Shown here: positions 1-9,082 of the stretch, piece after piece
Layout: every line of letters begins with the position of its first letter
Position numbering within the stretch: position 1 is the first letter of the stretch
Assembly (NCBI GenBank): GCA_963817955.1
Contig: CAWFQK010000001.1
Span: 288,001 to 352,000 of the forward strand
Direction of reading: 5' to 3'
Source of the DNA: an uncultured Gemmatimonadaceae bacterium
Lineage (GTDB): Bacteria > Gemmatimonadota > Gemmatimonadetes > Gemmatimonadales > Gemmatimonadaceae
Length of the DNA: 64,000 nucleotides
Made by a program: the position numbers and the translations under genes
The notes under the pieces: generated by a model
What the model saw: the letters and a program-made list of their open reading frames with translations, nothing else
Databases searched by the model: none
Told to the model about the DNA's origin: nothing

Positions 1-215
1 AGATAGCGCGGAAATACGTCGGCGTCGGCCAGCAGCAGGAGGTCGGGCGTCCGGTGCAGTTCGGTAATCTTGCGCACGTGCTCGAGCGACGCGCCGCTTT
101 CCCGCTGGATGACGGTGCCCGTTCGGGCCGCATAGGCATCCAGTACCGGCTGGAGCGGCCGATTCAGGCTGGCGGCAACATAGATCAGTAACGTGTCGGT
201 AAGGAGGCGCAACAT
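1..215 (-). CDS. Partial (5' part only) molybdate/tungstate ABC transporter substrate-binding protein, ModA/WtpA family
   Basis: Manual translation, not in the ORF track: MLRLLTDTLLIYVAASLNRPLQPVLDAYAARTGTVIQRESGASLEHVRKITELHRTPDLLLLADADVFPRY. It matches the AxSL...ESGxS..vRKIT.L....D...lAD N-terminal pattern of WtpA/ModA. The gene runs off the window edge; the start could instead be GTG at 251. Confidence 0.75.
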   Translation of the reverse strand, partial: MLRLLTDTLLIYVAASLNRPLQPVLDAYAARTGTVIQRESGASLEHVRKITELHRTPDLLLLADADVFPRY

Positions 216-359
216 GCTGCAAAGAAAGCTGGATGGAACAGGCGCCGCCACAGTCGAAACTTCACGGAGGGACGAAACGTCGTATAATGGAGGTCTGCAA
301 CGCAGGTGTTTGTCCTATTTTGGTAGCACAAACCGCAGACCCGCCTTCCTTCCCCTCCC

Positions 360-1325
360 ATGTCCAGCCTCGCAATCGACATTTGCAAGGTCCAGAAGCG
401 GTACGAAGAGCATGTCGCAGTACGCGACCTTTCGCTCCAAGTACCCGAAGGATGTGTGTACGGACTCCTCGGCCCAAATGGCGCCGGGAAGACGACCACC
501 ATCCGCATGCTTCTCGACATCATCCTGCCCGACTCCGGATCCATCTCGTTGTTCGGCAAGCCGAACACGGACCTCGCCGTGCTCGACCGCGTCGGGTATT
601 TGCCCGAAGAACGTGGCTTGTACAAGAAGATGCAGGTCCGTCGGGTGCTTCAGTTTCTCGCCGAGCTCAAGGGCGTGAGCGCCGCGGACGCCGCTCGCCG
701 CATCGACGAGTGGCTGGAGCGGTTCAGCCTCAAATCCGATGAGAAGAATTGGGGCGACGCAAAAGTGGACGAATTATCGCGCGGTATGCAGCAGAAAGTG
801 CAGTTCATCGCCACACTGCTGCACGACCCGGATCTCGTCATTCTCGACGAACCGTTCAGCGGTCTCGATCCGATCAACGCGCAGGCACTGAAGGATGCGG
901 TACTCGATCTGAAGCGGCGCGGCAAGACGGTGATCTTCTCGACGCACGTGATGGACAACGCCGAGAAGATGTGCGATTCCGTGTGCATCATTGCGCGCGG
1001 AGAAAAGGTGCTCGACGGCACCGTCGCGGGTGTGAAGCAGGACGCAGGCGCCCGGAACGTGGCGCTGGCACTGGCTGGCGGCGCGCAGAACGGAGTCAGC
1101 GAGGTGCTGCGGGACACTCAGCTCGTCTCGAAAGTGGACGAGACCAACAACTACTTCGAGCTCGAAATGGCGCCGAACGGCGACGCGCAGGTTCTGCTGC
1201 GACGACTCATCGATGCGGGAGCGAATATCGAGCGGTTTGAGCTCGTCCAGCCGTCGCTCCATCAAATATTCTTGCAGCGCGTCGGCGCGCGCGGCGTCGA
1301 AACGGGGATGTCCGGCCATGGCTAA
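360..1325 (+). CDS. ABC-2 type transporter ATP-binding protein (NatA/YhaQ-like)
   Basis: Walker A GPNGAGKTT, YLPEERGLY, signature LSRGMQQK, Walker B ILDEPFSGLD, H-loop STH. Confidence 0.95.
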   Translation: MSSLAIDICKVQKRYEEHVAVRDLSLQVPEGCVYGLLGPNGAGKTTTIRMLLDIILPDSGSISLFGKPNTDLAVLDRVGYLPEERGLYKKMQVRRVLQFLAELKGVSAADAARRIDEWLERFSLKSDEKNWGDAKVDELSRGMQQKVQFIATLLHDPDLVILDEPFSGLDPINAQALKDAVLDLKRRGKTVIFSTHVMDNAEKMCDSVCIIARGEKVLDGTVAGVKQDAGARNVALALAGGAQNGVSEVLRDTQLVSKVDETNNYFELEMAPNGDAQVLLRRLIDAGANIERFELVQPSLHQIFLQRVGARGVETGMSGHG

Positions 1326-2655
1326 CAAGATCTTCATCGTCGCGAAGCGCGAGTATCTGGAGCGCGTTCGTTCGCGCACGTTCGTGGTCATGACGCTCCT
1401 CGTGCCAGTGCTCATGGCGGCGGCGTTCTTCGTTCAAGTGTACATGGCGACGCGAGGCGGTACATCGCCGAACCTGCGGCGCATCCGCGTTCTCGATGTA
1501 TCGGGTGCCGCCATCGGCCAACGGGTCGCCACGACGCTTCGCGCTGACAGCGCCACCTCCGACACGACAGCTGGCCCGTTCGTCATGAACTTGACGCCGG
1601 CCGAGCTTCCGGCGGCGGAAGAGGCAGCAGCGCGCGAAGTCATGAAACCCAATTCGCTGATCGGCTACCTGGTGATCGACGATAGCACGCTCGCCGGCAA
1701 GCGGGCGCGCTATGCCGGGCGTAATGCGTCGGCCATGTCCGACATGGAGCGGCTGCGGTCGGCAATCCGCCAGTCGGTGATGATGGTGCGTCTCGAGCAC
1801 GAGGGCGTGAACAAGGCAACCGTCGACGAGCTGACGAAATCGCATCTCGAGATGCCGGCGGAACGACTGACGGAGAAGGGGCGCGGTGGATCCGGTATGA
1901 GTGGATTGTTCGCCGGAGTCATCGTGGGCGTCATGCTCCTCATGTCGATCATCGTGCACGGCCAGAACGTCATGCGCGGCGTGCTCGAGGAGAAGTCGAC
2001 GCGCGTGGCCGAGATCGTGATCTCGAGCATCAAACCGGAATCGCTGCTCGCCGGCAAAGTGCTTGGTGTTGGCGGCGTGGGCTTGACGCAGATCATCGCC
2101 TGGCTCCTGCTGGGTAGCTATCTCACGAACTTCTTTTTGCCGCTCGTGCTCAAGGCATCGGGCGCGGCGGCAGCACTTGGCTCGGCGGGCGCGGGCGCGG
2201 GCGCGGGTCCCATGGCCTCCACACTCGGCGGCATGAGCATTGGCGTGCTCGTCATTGCCATTGTGTACTTTCTGCTCGGATTCGTGTTCTATGCCACGTT
2301 GTTCGCGGCGGTAGGCTCAATGGTCACGAGTGAACAGGAAGCGCAGCAAGCCGTCATGCCCGTCATGTTGCTGCTGATGAGCGGATGGATATTCGTGAAT
2401 CCGGTGCTGATGAATCCAAACAGCAAGCTGGCCGTGGTGTTGTCCTGGCTTCCGTGGGCCTCTCCGATCCTCATGCCTATTCGCATGGGCCTCACAGCCG
2501 TGTCTCCACTATCGGTAGCTGGGTCGCTCGTCGTGGCGCTGATCGGTTCGCTGGGCGCCGTCTGGCTGGCGGCACGCATCTACCGCGTGGGCATGCTGAT
2601 GTACGGAAAGAAGCCAAGCCTCGCCGAGTTGGCGAAGTGGATTCGGTACGCGTGA
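1318..2655 (+). CDS. ABC-2 type transporter permease (NatB/YhaP-like)
   Basis: Starts MANKIFIVAKREYLERVR, overlapping the ATPase stop. Has the EEKSTRVAEIVISS motif, six hydrophobic segments and C-terminal AARIYRVGMLMYGKKPS. Confidence 0.9.
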   Translation: MANKIFIVAKREYLERVRSRTFVVMTLLVPVLMAAAFFVQVYMATRGGTSPNLRRIRVLDVSGAAIGQRVATTLRADSATSDTTAGPFVMNLTPAELPAAEEAAAREVMKPNSLIGYLVIDDSTLAGKRARYAGRNASAMSDMERLRSAIRQSVMMVRLEHEGVNKATVDELTKSHLEMPAERLTEKGRGGSGMSGLFAGVIVGVMLLMSIIVHGQNVMRGVLEEKSTRVAEIVISSIKPESLLAGKVLGVGGVGLTQIIAWLLLGSYLTNFFLPLVLKASGAAAALGSAGAGAGAGPMASTLGGMSIGVLVIAIVYFLLGFVFYATLFAAVGSMVTSEQEAQQAVMPVMLLLMSGWIFVNPVLMNPNSKLAVVLSWLPWASPILMPIRMGLTAVSPLSVAGSLVVALIGSLGAVWLAARIYRVGMLMYGKKPSLAELAKWIRYA

Positions 2656-2666
2656 GCGTTCGGTAT

Positions 2667-2693
2667 AGACGGCGGTGCTGAGCGCCGCCGTCT
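2667..2693. terminator. GC-rich hairpin between convergent genes (probable bidirectional terminator)
   Basis: AGACGGCGGTGC / GCGCCGCCGTCT stem; weak U-tracts. Confidence 0.55.
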
Positions 2694-2702
2694 GACCAAC
2701 GT

Positions 2703-3086
2703 TCAGTCTGCCCGAACTGGCATCGTCGAGCTCGTCGACGTCGGCGCGCCAATCGTGCTCTTCAGCTCGTTCACCCAACCGTTCACGCGGTTTTCGACGG
2801 CGCCTTGGACGCCAGTCAAGAGCGTCGCGACCACGTCGTCGAACGCCTCGCCAATCTTCGAGCGCGCCCCTCGCGTGGCACCAGCCGTCGCCGCCGCGGC
2901 TTTGATGTCGGCGCCCGACTGGCTGAGGAGAACACCTGCACCGACGGCAACCGCAAGCGCGGACCATGGATGCTCGCGCACCATCTGCATGACGTTGAGT
3001 TTGTTCTCCAGCTCGTCGAGCGTGCTCGACATCCGCTCGCGCGTCAGCTCGATGTCGCGCCGGACGTCAGCCGTTGTTTCAACCAT
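2703..3086 (-). CDS. DUF3618-like protein
   Basis: N-terminal DVRRDIELTRERMSSTLDELENKL followed by a HPW-hydrophobic segment; third gene of a YqjD/YqjE/YqjK-like trio. Confidence 0.75.
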   Translation of the reverse strand: MVETTADVRRDIELTRERMSSTLDELENKLNVMQMVREHPWSALAVAVGAGVLLSQSGADIKAAAATAGATRGARSKIGEAFDDVVATLLTGVQGAVENRVNGWVNELKSTIGAPTSTSSTMPVRAD

Positions 3087-3472
3087 TCTGAATCCTCCTT
3101 GAGCGTCGTCACCGTTTCATGTGGGGCGAGCTGGGACGGCGACAGGAGCGCCATGCCGCGTCTTGCGAACCACGCGGCCAACACGCCAGTGATCACCAAC
3201 AGGATGAGTGCCGCGAGCCAGTAGAGATCGGCGGGTAGCCACTGATCGCCCACCAGGAGAACAACGCCGGCAAGCAACGACAGTGTGCCGAGCAGCGCGA
3301 GCACGGCGCCCAGCGCGACGAATGTCGTACCTTTGCCGATGCCTGTGGCCACGCCGGCGATCTCTGTCTTCGCGATGCGCACTTCACCGCGAACGAGTGT
3401 CGCGCTCCCCTCCGCGAGATCGCGAAGGAGAGCGCCGATGCCGCGACGGCCATCACGTCCGTCGAGCGCCAT
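3044..3472 (-). CDS. Holin-like membrane protein (Phage_holin_3_6 / YqjE-like)
   Basis: IGALLRDL...LVRGEVRIAKTEI, two TM helices, P..TVTTLKED..WLK tail; GGAGG RBS. Confidence 0.8.
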   Translation of the reverse strand: MALDGRDGRRGIGALLRDLAEGSATLVRGEVRIAKTEIAGVATGIGKGTTFVALGAVLALLGTLSLLAGVVLLVGDQWLPADLYWLAALILLVITGVLAAWFARRGMALLSPSQLAPHETVTTLKEDSEWLKQRLTSGATSS

Positions 3473-3481
3473 GACTACCTC

Positions 3482-4021
3482 CTACTTCCGGAATGCTTTG
3501 CCGAGGAGATACCCAACGCCGACCGCCATGAGTAGCGTGCGGCCAGGATGCTCCTTGACCTGACGTTCGACGCCCAGCTTCATGGTGTCGAGGTCAGCCT
3601 CGCGGAGCCAATCGGCGGTCGCGTCCATTCCAGTCGCCACACGGTCGGCGACCTGAACGACACGCGCGTTGGTGTCTGTAGATAGGTTGCCACTCGTCGT
3701 CGAGCTCACGAACTGACGACTGCCGCGCTGCCGCAGCCGATCGGCGCCAGACGCGAGAGCATCGGCGACCGAGTCCTTGATATTGCCTGCGCGTTCGCGA
3801 ACGGCCGGAGTGACATCCGCCAACTTATCCTTCGCTTTCTCCGTCACGTCACGCGCGCGGTCAGCCAGTTCCTGCCCTTGTTCCGAGCGAATGCTCGTGT
3901 CGGCGTTCGCGCCGAAGCCCTGCGTACCCGACGTAATCCCCGAATTCCCCAAGCCGCTGGACGTCGATCCCCCCGTCTGTCCCTGGCTCGTGTCTCCCGA
4001 CGAGAAACCGTTCCGTTCCAT
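3482..4021 (-). CDS. DUF883/YqjD-ElaB-like tail-anchored protein
   Basis: C-terminal VKEHPGRTLLMAVGVGYLLGK anchor; GGAGGAG RBS before ATG at 4021. Confidence 0.75.
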   Translation of the reverse strand: MERNGFSSGDTSQGQTGGSTSSGLGNSGITSGTQGFGANADTSIRSEQGQELADRARDVTEKAKDKLADVTPAVRERAGNIKDSVADALASGADRLRQRGSRQFVSSTTSGNLSTDTNARVVQVADRVATGMDATADWLREADLDTMKLGVERQVKEHPGRTLLMAVGVGYLLGKAFRK

Positions 4022-4188
4022 GTGAACTCCTCCAAAGATGGCTACCGCTGCGTCTGCAGATGGTGTGCCGGACGTCATGGGAGGAGCAATTCTCGTATCG
4101 CGCTTGCGCCGACACGTTGCACGTTGAAGTGATCGAGAGGTATTGCGTGGAGCAGGAGCGGTACGACGACCGTTGGTCGCTGACTCCT

Positions 4189-5385
4189 TTAGCGGCGACG
4201 AGCCGTGATCAGGACGGCGATCTCGTCCGGTCGTGCGTTGATGAAATCGAGACGGACACGACCGTCAGCTGTCGTGGTCACGGTCGCCGGTATGGAGCTG
4301 TTCGTGAGCAACCAGCCTTCGGGCAGGACGACGGCATTCGCCGGCCGGCCGAAGCTTCGGTCCCAGACAAGCTCATCGCCCACGAGCGTGTAGCGGACGC
4401 TGTCGCTGTACGTCTCGAACATGCGTAGCCGCACGGACTCGCCGGTTCTGACAGTAGGAAAGTGGAAGACGACGGCTTCGGTCGCCGAGGTCACCGCCGG
4501 CAGCTGCACGCCGCCGCGGCGGATCTCGTCTCCCCTGAGAATCTCCCAGCGGAGCTCCTCACCTGTGTCCAGGTTACGGGCCGACGGCCGCGACACGGTA
4601 CTTCCCGCACGTACTTCATTGACATACGTCGAGACGCCGACGCGAGACTCCGTATAGTCATGATACAGATTGAACGCGTGCGTCTCTGGCTGCTGCAGGA
4701 AATAGACGATCTTGCGATTCTGGTGCGCGCGTTCGTCGAGTCGCGACGAGACGCTCGATGCAGCCGCCGCCCTACGCGCTGGACGAGCGCGGAGCAGGAG
4801 TGGCGCTTCAGCCGGCGTGGCGTTCCAGAAGCTGATGGCAATGCGCCCGTCGGTCTCCAACAACACCTGCGACGGATAGTTGCAGAAGGTCAGCTCATAT
4901 CCGGCCGGCAATACCACCGCATTGCGTTTGATGCCGAGCGGTCGCGAAAAGATGACCGTGTCGCCGCGCACGAAGTAGCTCGTCGCATCTTCGTAGGTCT
5001 TGTCGATGAGGACGCGCGCCTCCCCGCCATTCGCTGGAACCGGATGCGCGAGCGTGACGCGAATGTAGGTCTGTGTCGTGTCGGGATTGCGTACACCGCC
5101 CGCGCGAGCGACGCCACTCCCGACGACGTCGAAGGCCAGCGGTTGGCCGGAAGCGCGATCGCTGACATGTTCGTCGCTGGCGACGCTGCCCTTGCGGATC
5201 GGATTGAAATAATACGCGGCGCCCGGCGTAGTCGCCGTCACTTCATAAATGATGCGAAACTTCGCCGAGCCCGGCGCGAGCAATTCGTAGCGCGTGTACG
5301 CGTCGGATTCGGTTTGGACCGGCGCCTGCGCACGCGATGAACGCGCGACCGCCAGCGCCGCGATCACGGTGAACAGGCGCCGCAT
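4189..5385 (-). CDS. Secreted hypothetical protein made of two tandem homologous domains
   Basis: Signal peptide MRRLFTVIAALAVARSSRA. Internal repeat: TYEDATSY...NAVVLPAGYEL vs TYSDSVRY...NAVVLPEGWLL. The 536-aa ORF-track call is an artefactual fusion with the upstream gene. Confidence 0.8.
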   Translation of the reverse strand: MRRLFTVIAALAVARSSRAQAPVQTESDAYTRYELLAPGSAKFRIIYEVTATTPGAAYYFNPIRKGSVASDEHVSDRASGQPLAFDVVGSGVARAGGVRNPDTTQTYIRVTLAHPVPANGGEARVLIDKTYEDATSYFVRGDTVIFSRPLGIKRNAVVLPAGYELTFCNYPSQVLLETDGRIAISFWNATPAEAPLLLRARPARRAAAASSVSSRLDERAHQNRKIVYFLQQPETHAFNLYHDYTESRVGVSTYVNEVRAGSTVSRPSARNLDTGEELRWEILRGDEIRRGGVQLPAVTSATEAVVFHFPTVRTGESVRLRMFETYSDSVRYTLVGDELVWDRSFGRPANAVVLPEGWLLTNSSIPATVTTTADGRVRLDFINARPDEIAVLITARRR

Positions 5386-5390
5386 GACGT

Positions 5391-5793
5391 CTACTTCTTC
5401 CCGGCGGTCACCGAAAAACTGCTGCGAATCTTCGCCAGCTCGTTGCGCTGCTCGGGATTCGTTTCCATGATGTCGCCGAGGAGCGTCGCCATCATCTCGT
5501 CGTCGATCACGACGGGCTCGGGCGAGAAGCGCTTGCCGCCGCCCATATGGCGGCCTGGATCGAGCCGGAGCTCGTGCTTCAGCACGACGTCGTCGGTGCC
5601 AAGCCTGTACGCGCACGGCCGCGAACTTCTTGCCGGCCTTCTCCATGTAATGCACGCGCACGCCATCCACGTCCGCAGGTACGACGGGCAGCGAATGTAC
5701 CGATCCATCGGTGCCCTCGAACACCGTAGCACCTGGCGAGAGTTTCGGGAAATTCCGTTCGAAACCGCCATGGTACACCAAGCAATGATGCAT
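5391..5793 (-). pseudogene. Hypothetical protein interrupted by a +1 frameshift near 5604 (or a sequencing error)
   Basis: Frame 1 reads MHHCLVYHGG...KKFAAVRVQ and continues in another frame as LGTDDVVLKHELRLDPGRHMG...AGKK*. The span is 403 nt (134 codons + 1). GAGGTG RBS. Confidence 0.7.
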
Positions 5794-5895
5794 CGTCACC
5801 TCGGGTGGGGCGTGGGACTGCGGTGGGCGGCAAAAGGTAAGGTCCCTGCCGCGCAGGCGCTATCCTGGCCGGTGGCCGAGAACTGACAGATGACC

Positions 5896-5931
5896 AAAAA
5901 AAAGGCCCCCGCCGGTCGGAACGGGGACCTT
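5896..5931 (-). terminator. Intrinsic terminator
   Basis: Minus strand AAGGTCCCCG-loop-CGGGGGCC followed by T8. Confidence 0.85.
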
Positions 5932-6075
5932 CAAACAACTCTGCTACACAGGGGAAGACGAACAGGAGTCAGACGCCACGCATGATTTCCCACCCACCCC
6001 TCATGACGGGAACACCCAAGCTCCTGCCGTCTAGACCGATACCACCGAGAACTTTTGGGGGGCACCCGGTGGCAC
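5896..6075 (-). ncRNA. Putative structured small RNA or leader RNA (~180 nt)
   Basis: Stem 6065-6075/6039-6049 and long stem 6021-6032/5956-5968, both with G-U pairs that work only on the minus strand. Bounded by a -10-like box and a strong terminator; no credible ORF. Confidence 0.55.
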
Positions 6076-6080
6076 GTGAG

Positions 6081-6128
6081 AAACTATGGTCTGGTGGCGT
6101 TTCAGTGGGTAAAGATCCCACAAAGATC
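6081..6128 (-). promoter_or_regulatory. Putative OmpR/PhoB-family binding box plus -10 element
   Basis: Minus strand GATCTTT-N4-GATCTTT (6128-6111, 11-bp period) and TAGTTT at 6086-6081, immediately after the kinase stop. Confidence 0.5.
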
Positions 6129-6139
6129 AAACCACGCGA

Positions 6140-7693
6140 CTACACCGTTTGCTCGAATGCTTCGGGCCGCAACTCCGTCGCTGGCAATCGCAAAGCAAAG
6201 ATGCTCCCGCCGCCTGGACGCGGCTCGTACTCCACCGTTCCGCCCTGGATCTCGGCGAGCGTCTTCGCGATGGATAATCCCAGCCCGGCGCGTCCGGCAT
6301 CCGGCGCCATTCCGCGCGCGCGATAGAACGGTTCGAAGATGCGCGGAACGTCCCGCTCATCCACCCCCGAACCGCTGTCGGCGACGGTGAACACCAGCTG
6401 ATCACCGTCGCGCCGCGCGCCGAGCTCGATGGGCTGGCTCGGCCCTGAATAGCGAACCGCGTTCTCCAGCAGATTGCAGAGCACGCGCAGTGACTGAGAA
6501 AAATCAAAACGTCCTACGAGCGCGGGGCTGTCGAGGTCGATGACCGTGCGCAGCAGGCGGTCGCCAAACAGGCCGCGCGTCTGCCGCACGGCCGCGCCGA
6601 TGAGATCCTCCGCCGTATTCAACTCCGGCGTCGCCGAAAAGCCCCCGCCTTTGAGGCGCGACAGATCGAGCAGATCGTTCACCAGCCGCGTGAGCCGGTC
6701 CGCCTGTTCGTCGATGGCCGCCGCGGCCTCGTTGCCCTGCAGGGCCTCACTCTCCGCCAAAGCCTTGATCGTGGTCAGCGGCGTACGCAGATCGTGCGAC
6801 ACCGACGCAAGCACGATATCCTTGAGCCGATCAGCCTCTCGCAGGGCTTCGGCGTGTGCCGCTTCCGCCACCAATCGGACACGATCGACGGCGAGGGCCG
6901 CGTAGTAGGTGATGGCGTCGACAAAGCGCCGCTGAGCGGCATCGAGCCGTATCGGAGCACGATTCGCCAGCCGCATGACCCCCACCACTCGACCTTGCAC
7001 GGTGAGCGGCATGAGAATTGTCTGAATTCCCTCGGCAGGGGTGTTCGGCGCCGCACGAGGTTCGTCCCGGGCCAACCGAAAGACCTCGCCGCCTGGCTGG
7101 ACCCAGGTGGGCCCGGTATGGTCGATGGCCACCTGGAGCGCCGCGGTCTCGGTCGGCCCGAGGGGGCCCCCGCCAGCTCGCTGCGGTCGGAATCCGTGCT
7201 CCGCGTCCCAGGCGACGATCGCGCACTCGTCCACACGAAGTGTCGCCTGAATCACGTCCGCAATGCTCGCCAGCGCGTCTTCCGCGCGCCCGGCGCTCAG
7301 GGTCTCCGAGCCAAGCCGAGCGAGCGACGATACCTCGATTGTGCGCCGCTCCGCCGCTTCTGCTTCTGCCTGCGCCCGCGCGAGGAGATGCGTCGCGACG
7401 AGTGCCGTGAGGAGAAACGACGCCAGCGTGATGAAATCGAGCGGTTTGCCGTCACCGATCGCGTAGTACGGCGGCTGAAAGTAGTAATCAATGAGGAGTA
7501 CGCCGGCGCAGGCCAGCGGCATCGCCAACATTCGTCCGCCCGACGTGCTCGCGCCGAGTACGAGCAGCAGGTATACGAGAACGACGTGCACCTGGTCGAT
7601 CTCGCCGCGCACCTGTACCATCGTTACGGTGCACAGGATCATCAACGTAATCCACGCCACCCAGACCAGGATGTCGCGGCGGCGGAGCGACAT
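6140..7693 (-). CDS. kdpD: KdpD-like sensor histidine kinase (DUF4118 4TM + GAF + HisKA + HATPase); lacks the N-terminal KdpD/Usp cytoplasmic domains
   Basis: DYYFQPPYY membrane motif, H-box SVSHDLRTPL, NLLENAVRY, GLGLSI. Confidence 0.8.
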   Translation of the reverse strand: MSLRRRDILVWVAWITLMILCTVTMVQVRGEIDQVHVVLVYLLLVLGASTSGGRMLAMPLACAGVLLIDYYFQPPYYAIGDGKPLDFITLASFLLTALVATHLLARAQAEAEAAERRTIEVSSLARLGSETLSAGRAEDALASIADVIQATLRVDECAIVAWDAEHGFRPQRAGGGPLGPTETAALQVAIDHTGPTWVQPGGEVFRLARDEPRAAPNTPAEGIQTILMPLTVQGRVVGVMRLANRAPIRLDAAQRRFVDAITYYAALAVDRVRLVAEAAHAEALREADRLKDIVLASVSHDLRTPLTTIKALAESEALQGNEAAAAIDEQADRLTRLVNDLLDLSRLKGGGFSATPELNTAEDLIGAAVRQTRGLFGDRLLRTVIDLDSPALVGRFDFSQSLRVLCNLLENAVRYSGPSQPIELGARRDGDQLVFTVADSGSGVDERDVPRIFEPFYRARGMAPDAGRAGLGLSIAKTLAEIQGGTVEYEPRPGGGSIFALRLPATELRPEAFEQTV

Positions 7694-7695
7694 GG

Positions 7696-8439
7696 TCAGC
7701 GCGGCAACTCGGCGCGATAACCGACGCCCGGTTCAGTGATGATGAGTTGCGGCGCGGCGGGATCGACCTCGATCTTCCGGCGCAGATTGGTGATATGCAC
7801 GCGCAAGTATTGTTGCGGACTGCCGAATTCCCGACCCCACACGGCATCGAAGATTTGCTGGTGCGTGAGCGTACGACCCGCGGCCGCGAGCAGGGTGGAG
7901 AGAATCTGCCATTCGATCGGCGTCAGGTGAAACGGCGTGCCGTCGCGCGACACTTTCCGCGCGACCGTATCGATCACCAGCCCACCTACCACAACAGGGG
8001 CCGAACTCGCGGCCGCCGCGGCGACGGTCTTGGCGCGACGGATCTGCGCCTTGGCGCGCGCCGCGAGCTCGAGGACACTGAATGGCTTGGTCACGTAATC
8101 GTCGGCGCCCGCGTTGAGCAGATCGACTTTCTCGTGCTCGGAGTGGCGCGCCGACAGCACGATGATCGGCACGGCCGAGCGCTGTCGAATCTCGCGGCAG
8201 ACGTCCACGCCCGCCATGTCGGGCAGTCCAAGATCGAGCACAACGAGATCGGGGCGCCCGGTGGTTGCCGCGTCGACACCGTCACTTCCATTCGCCGCTT
8301 CATCGACGCGCACGGTCACGTTTCGCAGCGCATCACGCACCGCGCGACGAATCTGCGGTTCGTCGTCGATCACCAAGACCAGATCGGCGTCAGGCATTTC
8401 AGCGGCAACCGGTGGAGTGGGTTCGTGAAATATGACCAT
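7696..8439 (-). CDS. kdpE: KdpE-like OmpR-family response regulator
   Basis: VIDDEPQIRR, LDLGLPD, GADDYVTKPF, HLTPIEW, QYLRVHITNLRRKIE, ITEPGVGYR. Alternative start at 8397. Confidence 0.85.
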   Translation of the reverse strand: MVIFHEPTPPVAAEMPDADLVLVIDDEPQIRRAVRDALRNVTVRVDEAANGSDGVDAATTGRPDLVVLDLGLPDMAGVDVCREIRQRSAVPIIVLSARHSEHEKVDLLNAGADDYVTKPFSVLELAARAKAQIRRAKTVAAAAASSAPVVVGGLVIDTVARKVSRDGTPFHLTPIEWQILSTLLAAAGRTLTHQQIFDAVWGREFGSPQQYLRVHITNLRRKIEVDPAAPQLIITEPGVGYRAELPR

Positions 8440-8535
8440 GCTATCAAGCTCATTGGTCACAGTTGCGCCCGCATCCGCGTGTATAATTCTTAGCGCGCGC
8501 GGAGCAGCGGCACAGAATCTGTCCTGTGTGTCGGC

Positions 8536-8961
8536 ATGCGCACGCATCCTGTCCTCATCCTTACGGTCGCCACGGTCGCCGCTGCCGCGCTCGCTGCGTG
8601 CGATCAGGCGACATCGCCTACTATCGCCGGCCTCGGCGGTCAGACGGCTGCGTCAGGCACTATCGGTAACGCTGTTCCTCTGATCATATCGCCCACCGTC
8701 GTTCAGCTCGGCGTGGGGGCATCCTTTCAATTCACGACCAACGCACCTGTCGGGCAACAGGGACAGGTGCAGTGGAATTCGCTGCAGTCCACCGTTGCAA
8801 CCGTATCGCCGTCGGGACTGGTGAACGCGGTCGCAGCGGGAACCGCTGTCATCGTCGCCCGGTTTTCGTTCGACACAACGAACGTCGCCGTGGCAACAGT
8901 CATCGTGTCGGGTACGACGACGGGCGGCACAACGAGCAGCAGCACCCCAGGAGTCCCGTAA
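8536..8961 (+). CDS. Lipoprotein with bacterial Ig-like (Big_2) domain
   Basis: Lipobox ALAAC; VQWNS...VATVSPSGLVNAVAAGTAVI Big_2 pattern. Confidence 0.8.
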   Translation: MRTHPVLILTVATVAAAALAACDQATSPTIAGLGGQTAASGTIGNAVPLIISPTVVQLGVGASFQFTTNAPVGQQGQVQWNSLQSTVATVSPSGLVNAVAAGTAVIVARFSFDTTNVAVATVIVSGTTTGGTTSSSTPGVP

Positions 8962-9082
8962 TGAAATCCAGACCTAGTCCCAGCTCGCGATCGCACACGC
9001 ACCAGCCGGGGCACGAAACGCCTGCCGGCGGCGGCGCGACGTCGCCAGCCCACGATCATTATCGCCGAGAAAAGGAGCGCCG

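Noticed and set aside
2185..2207. GCGGGC hexamer repeat as a contingency locus
   Set aside because: It is an in-frame Gly-Ala linker inside the permease and has no effect on the frame.
3044..3472. Holin as evidence of a prophage
   Set aside because: It sits in the common chromosomal DUF883/holin-like/DUF3618 trio, with no phage genes nearby.
5896..6075. c-di-AMP (ydaO) riboswitch or 6S RNA identity; MRGGWEIMRGV mini-ORF
   Set aside because: I could not find the ydaO conserved segments, and the fold is two hairpins rather than the single 6S rod. The 11-codon ORF lacks a well-spaced RBS and is buried in the stem.
8463..8487. Canonical sigma-70 promoter for the Big_2 lipoprotein
   Set aside because: TATAAT is present but the TTGCGC candidate is only 13 nt away, so the evidence is not enough to call it.
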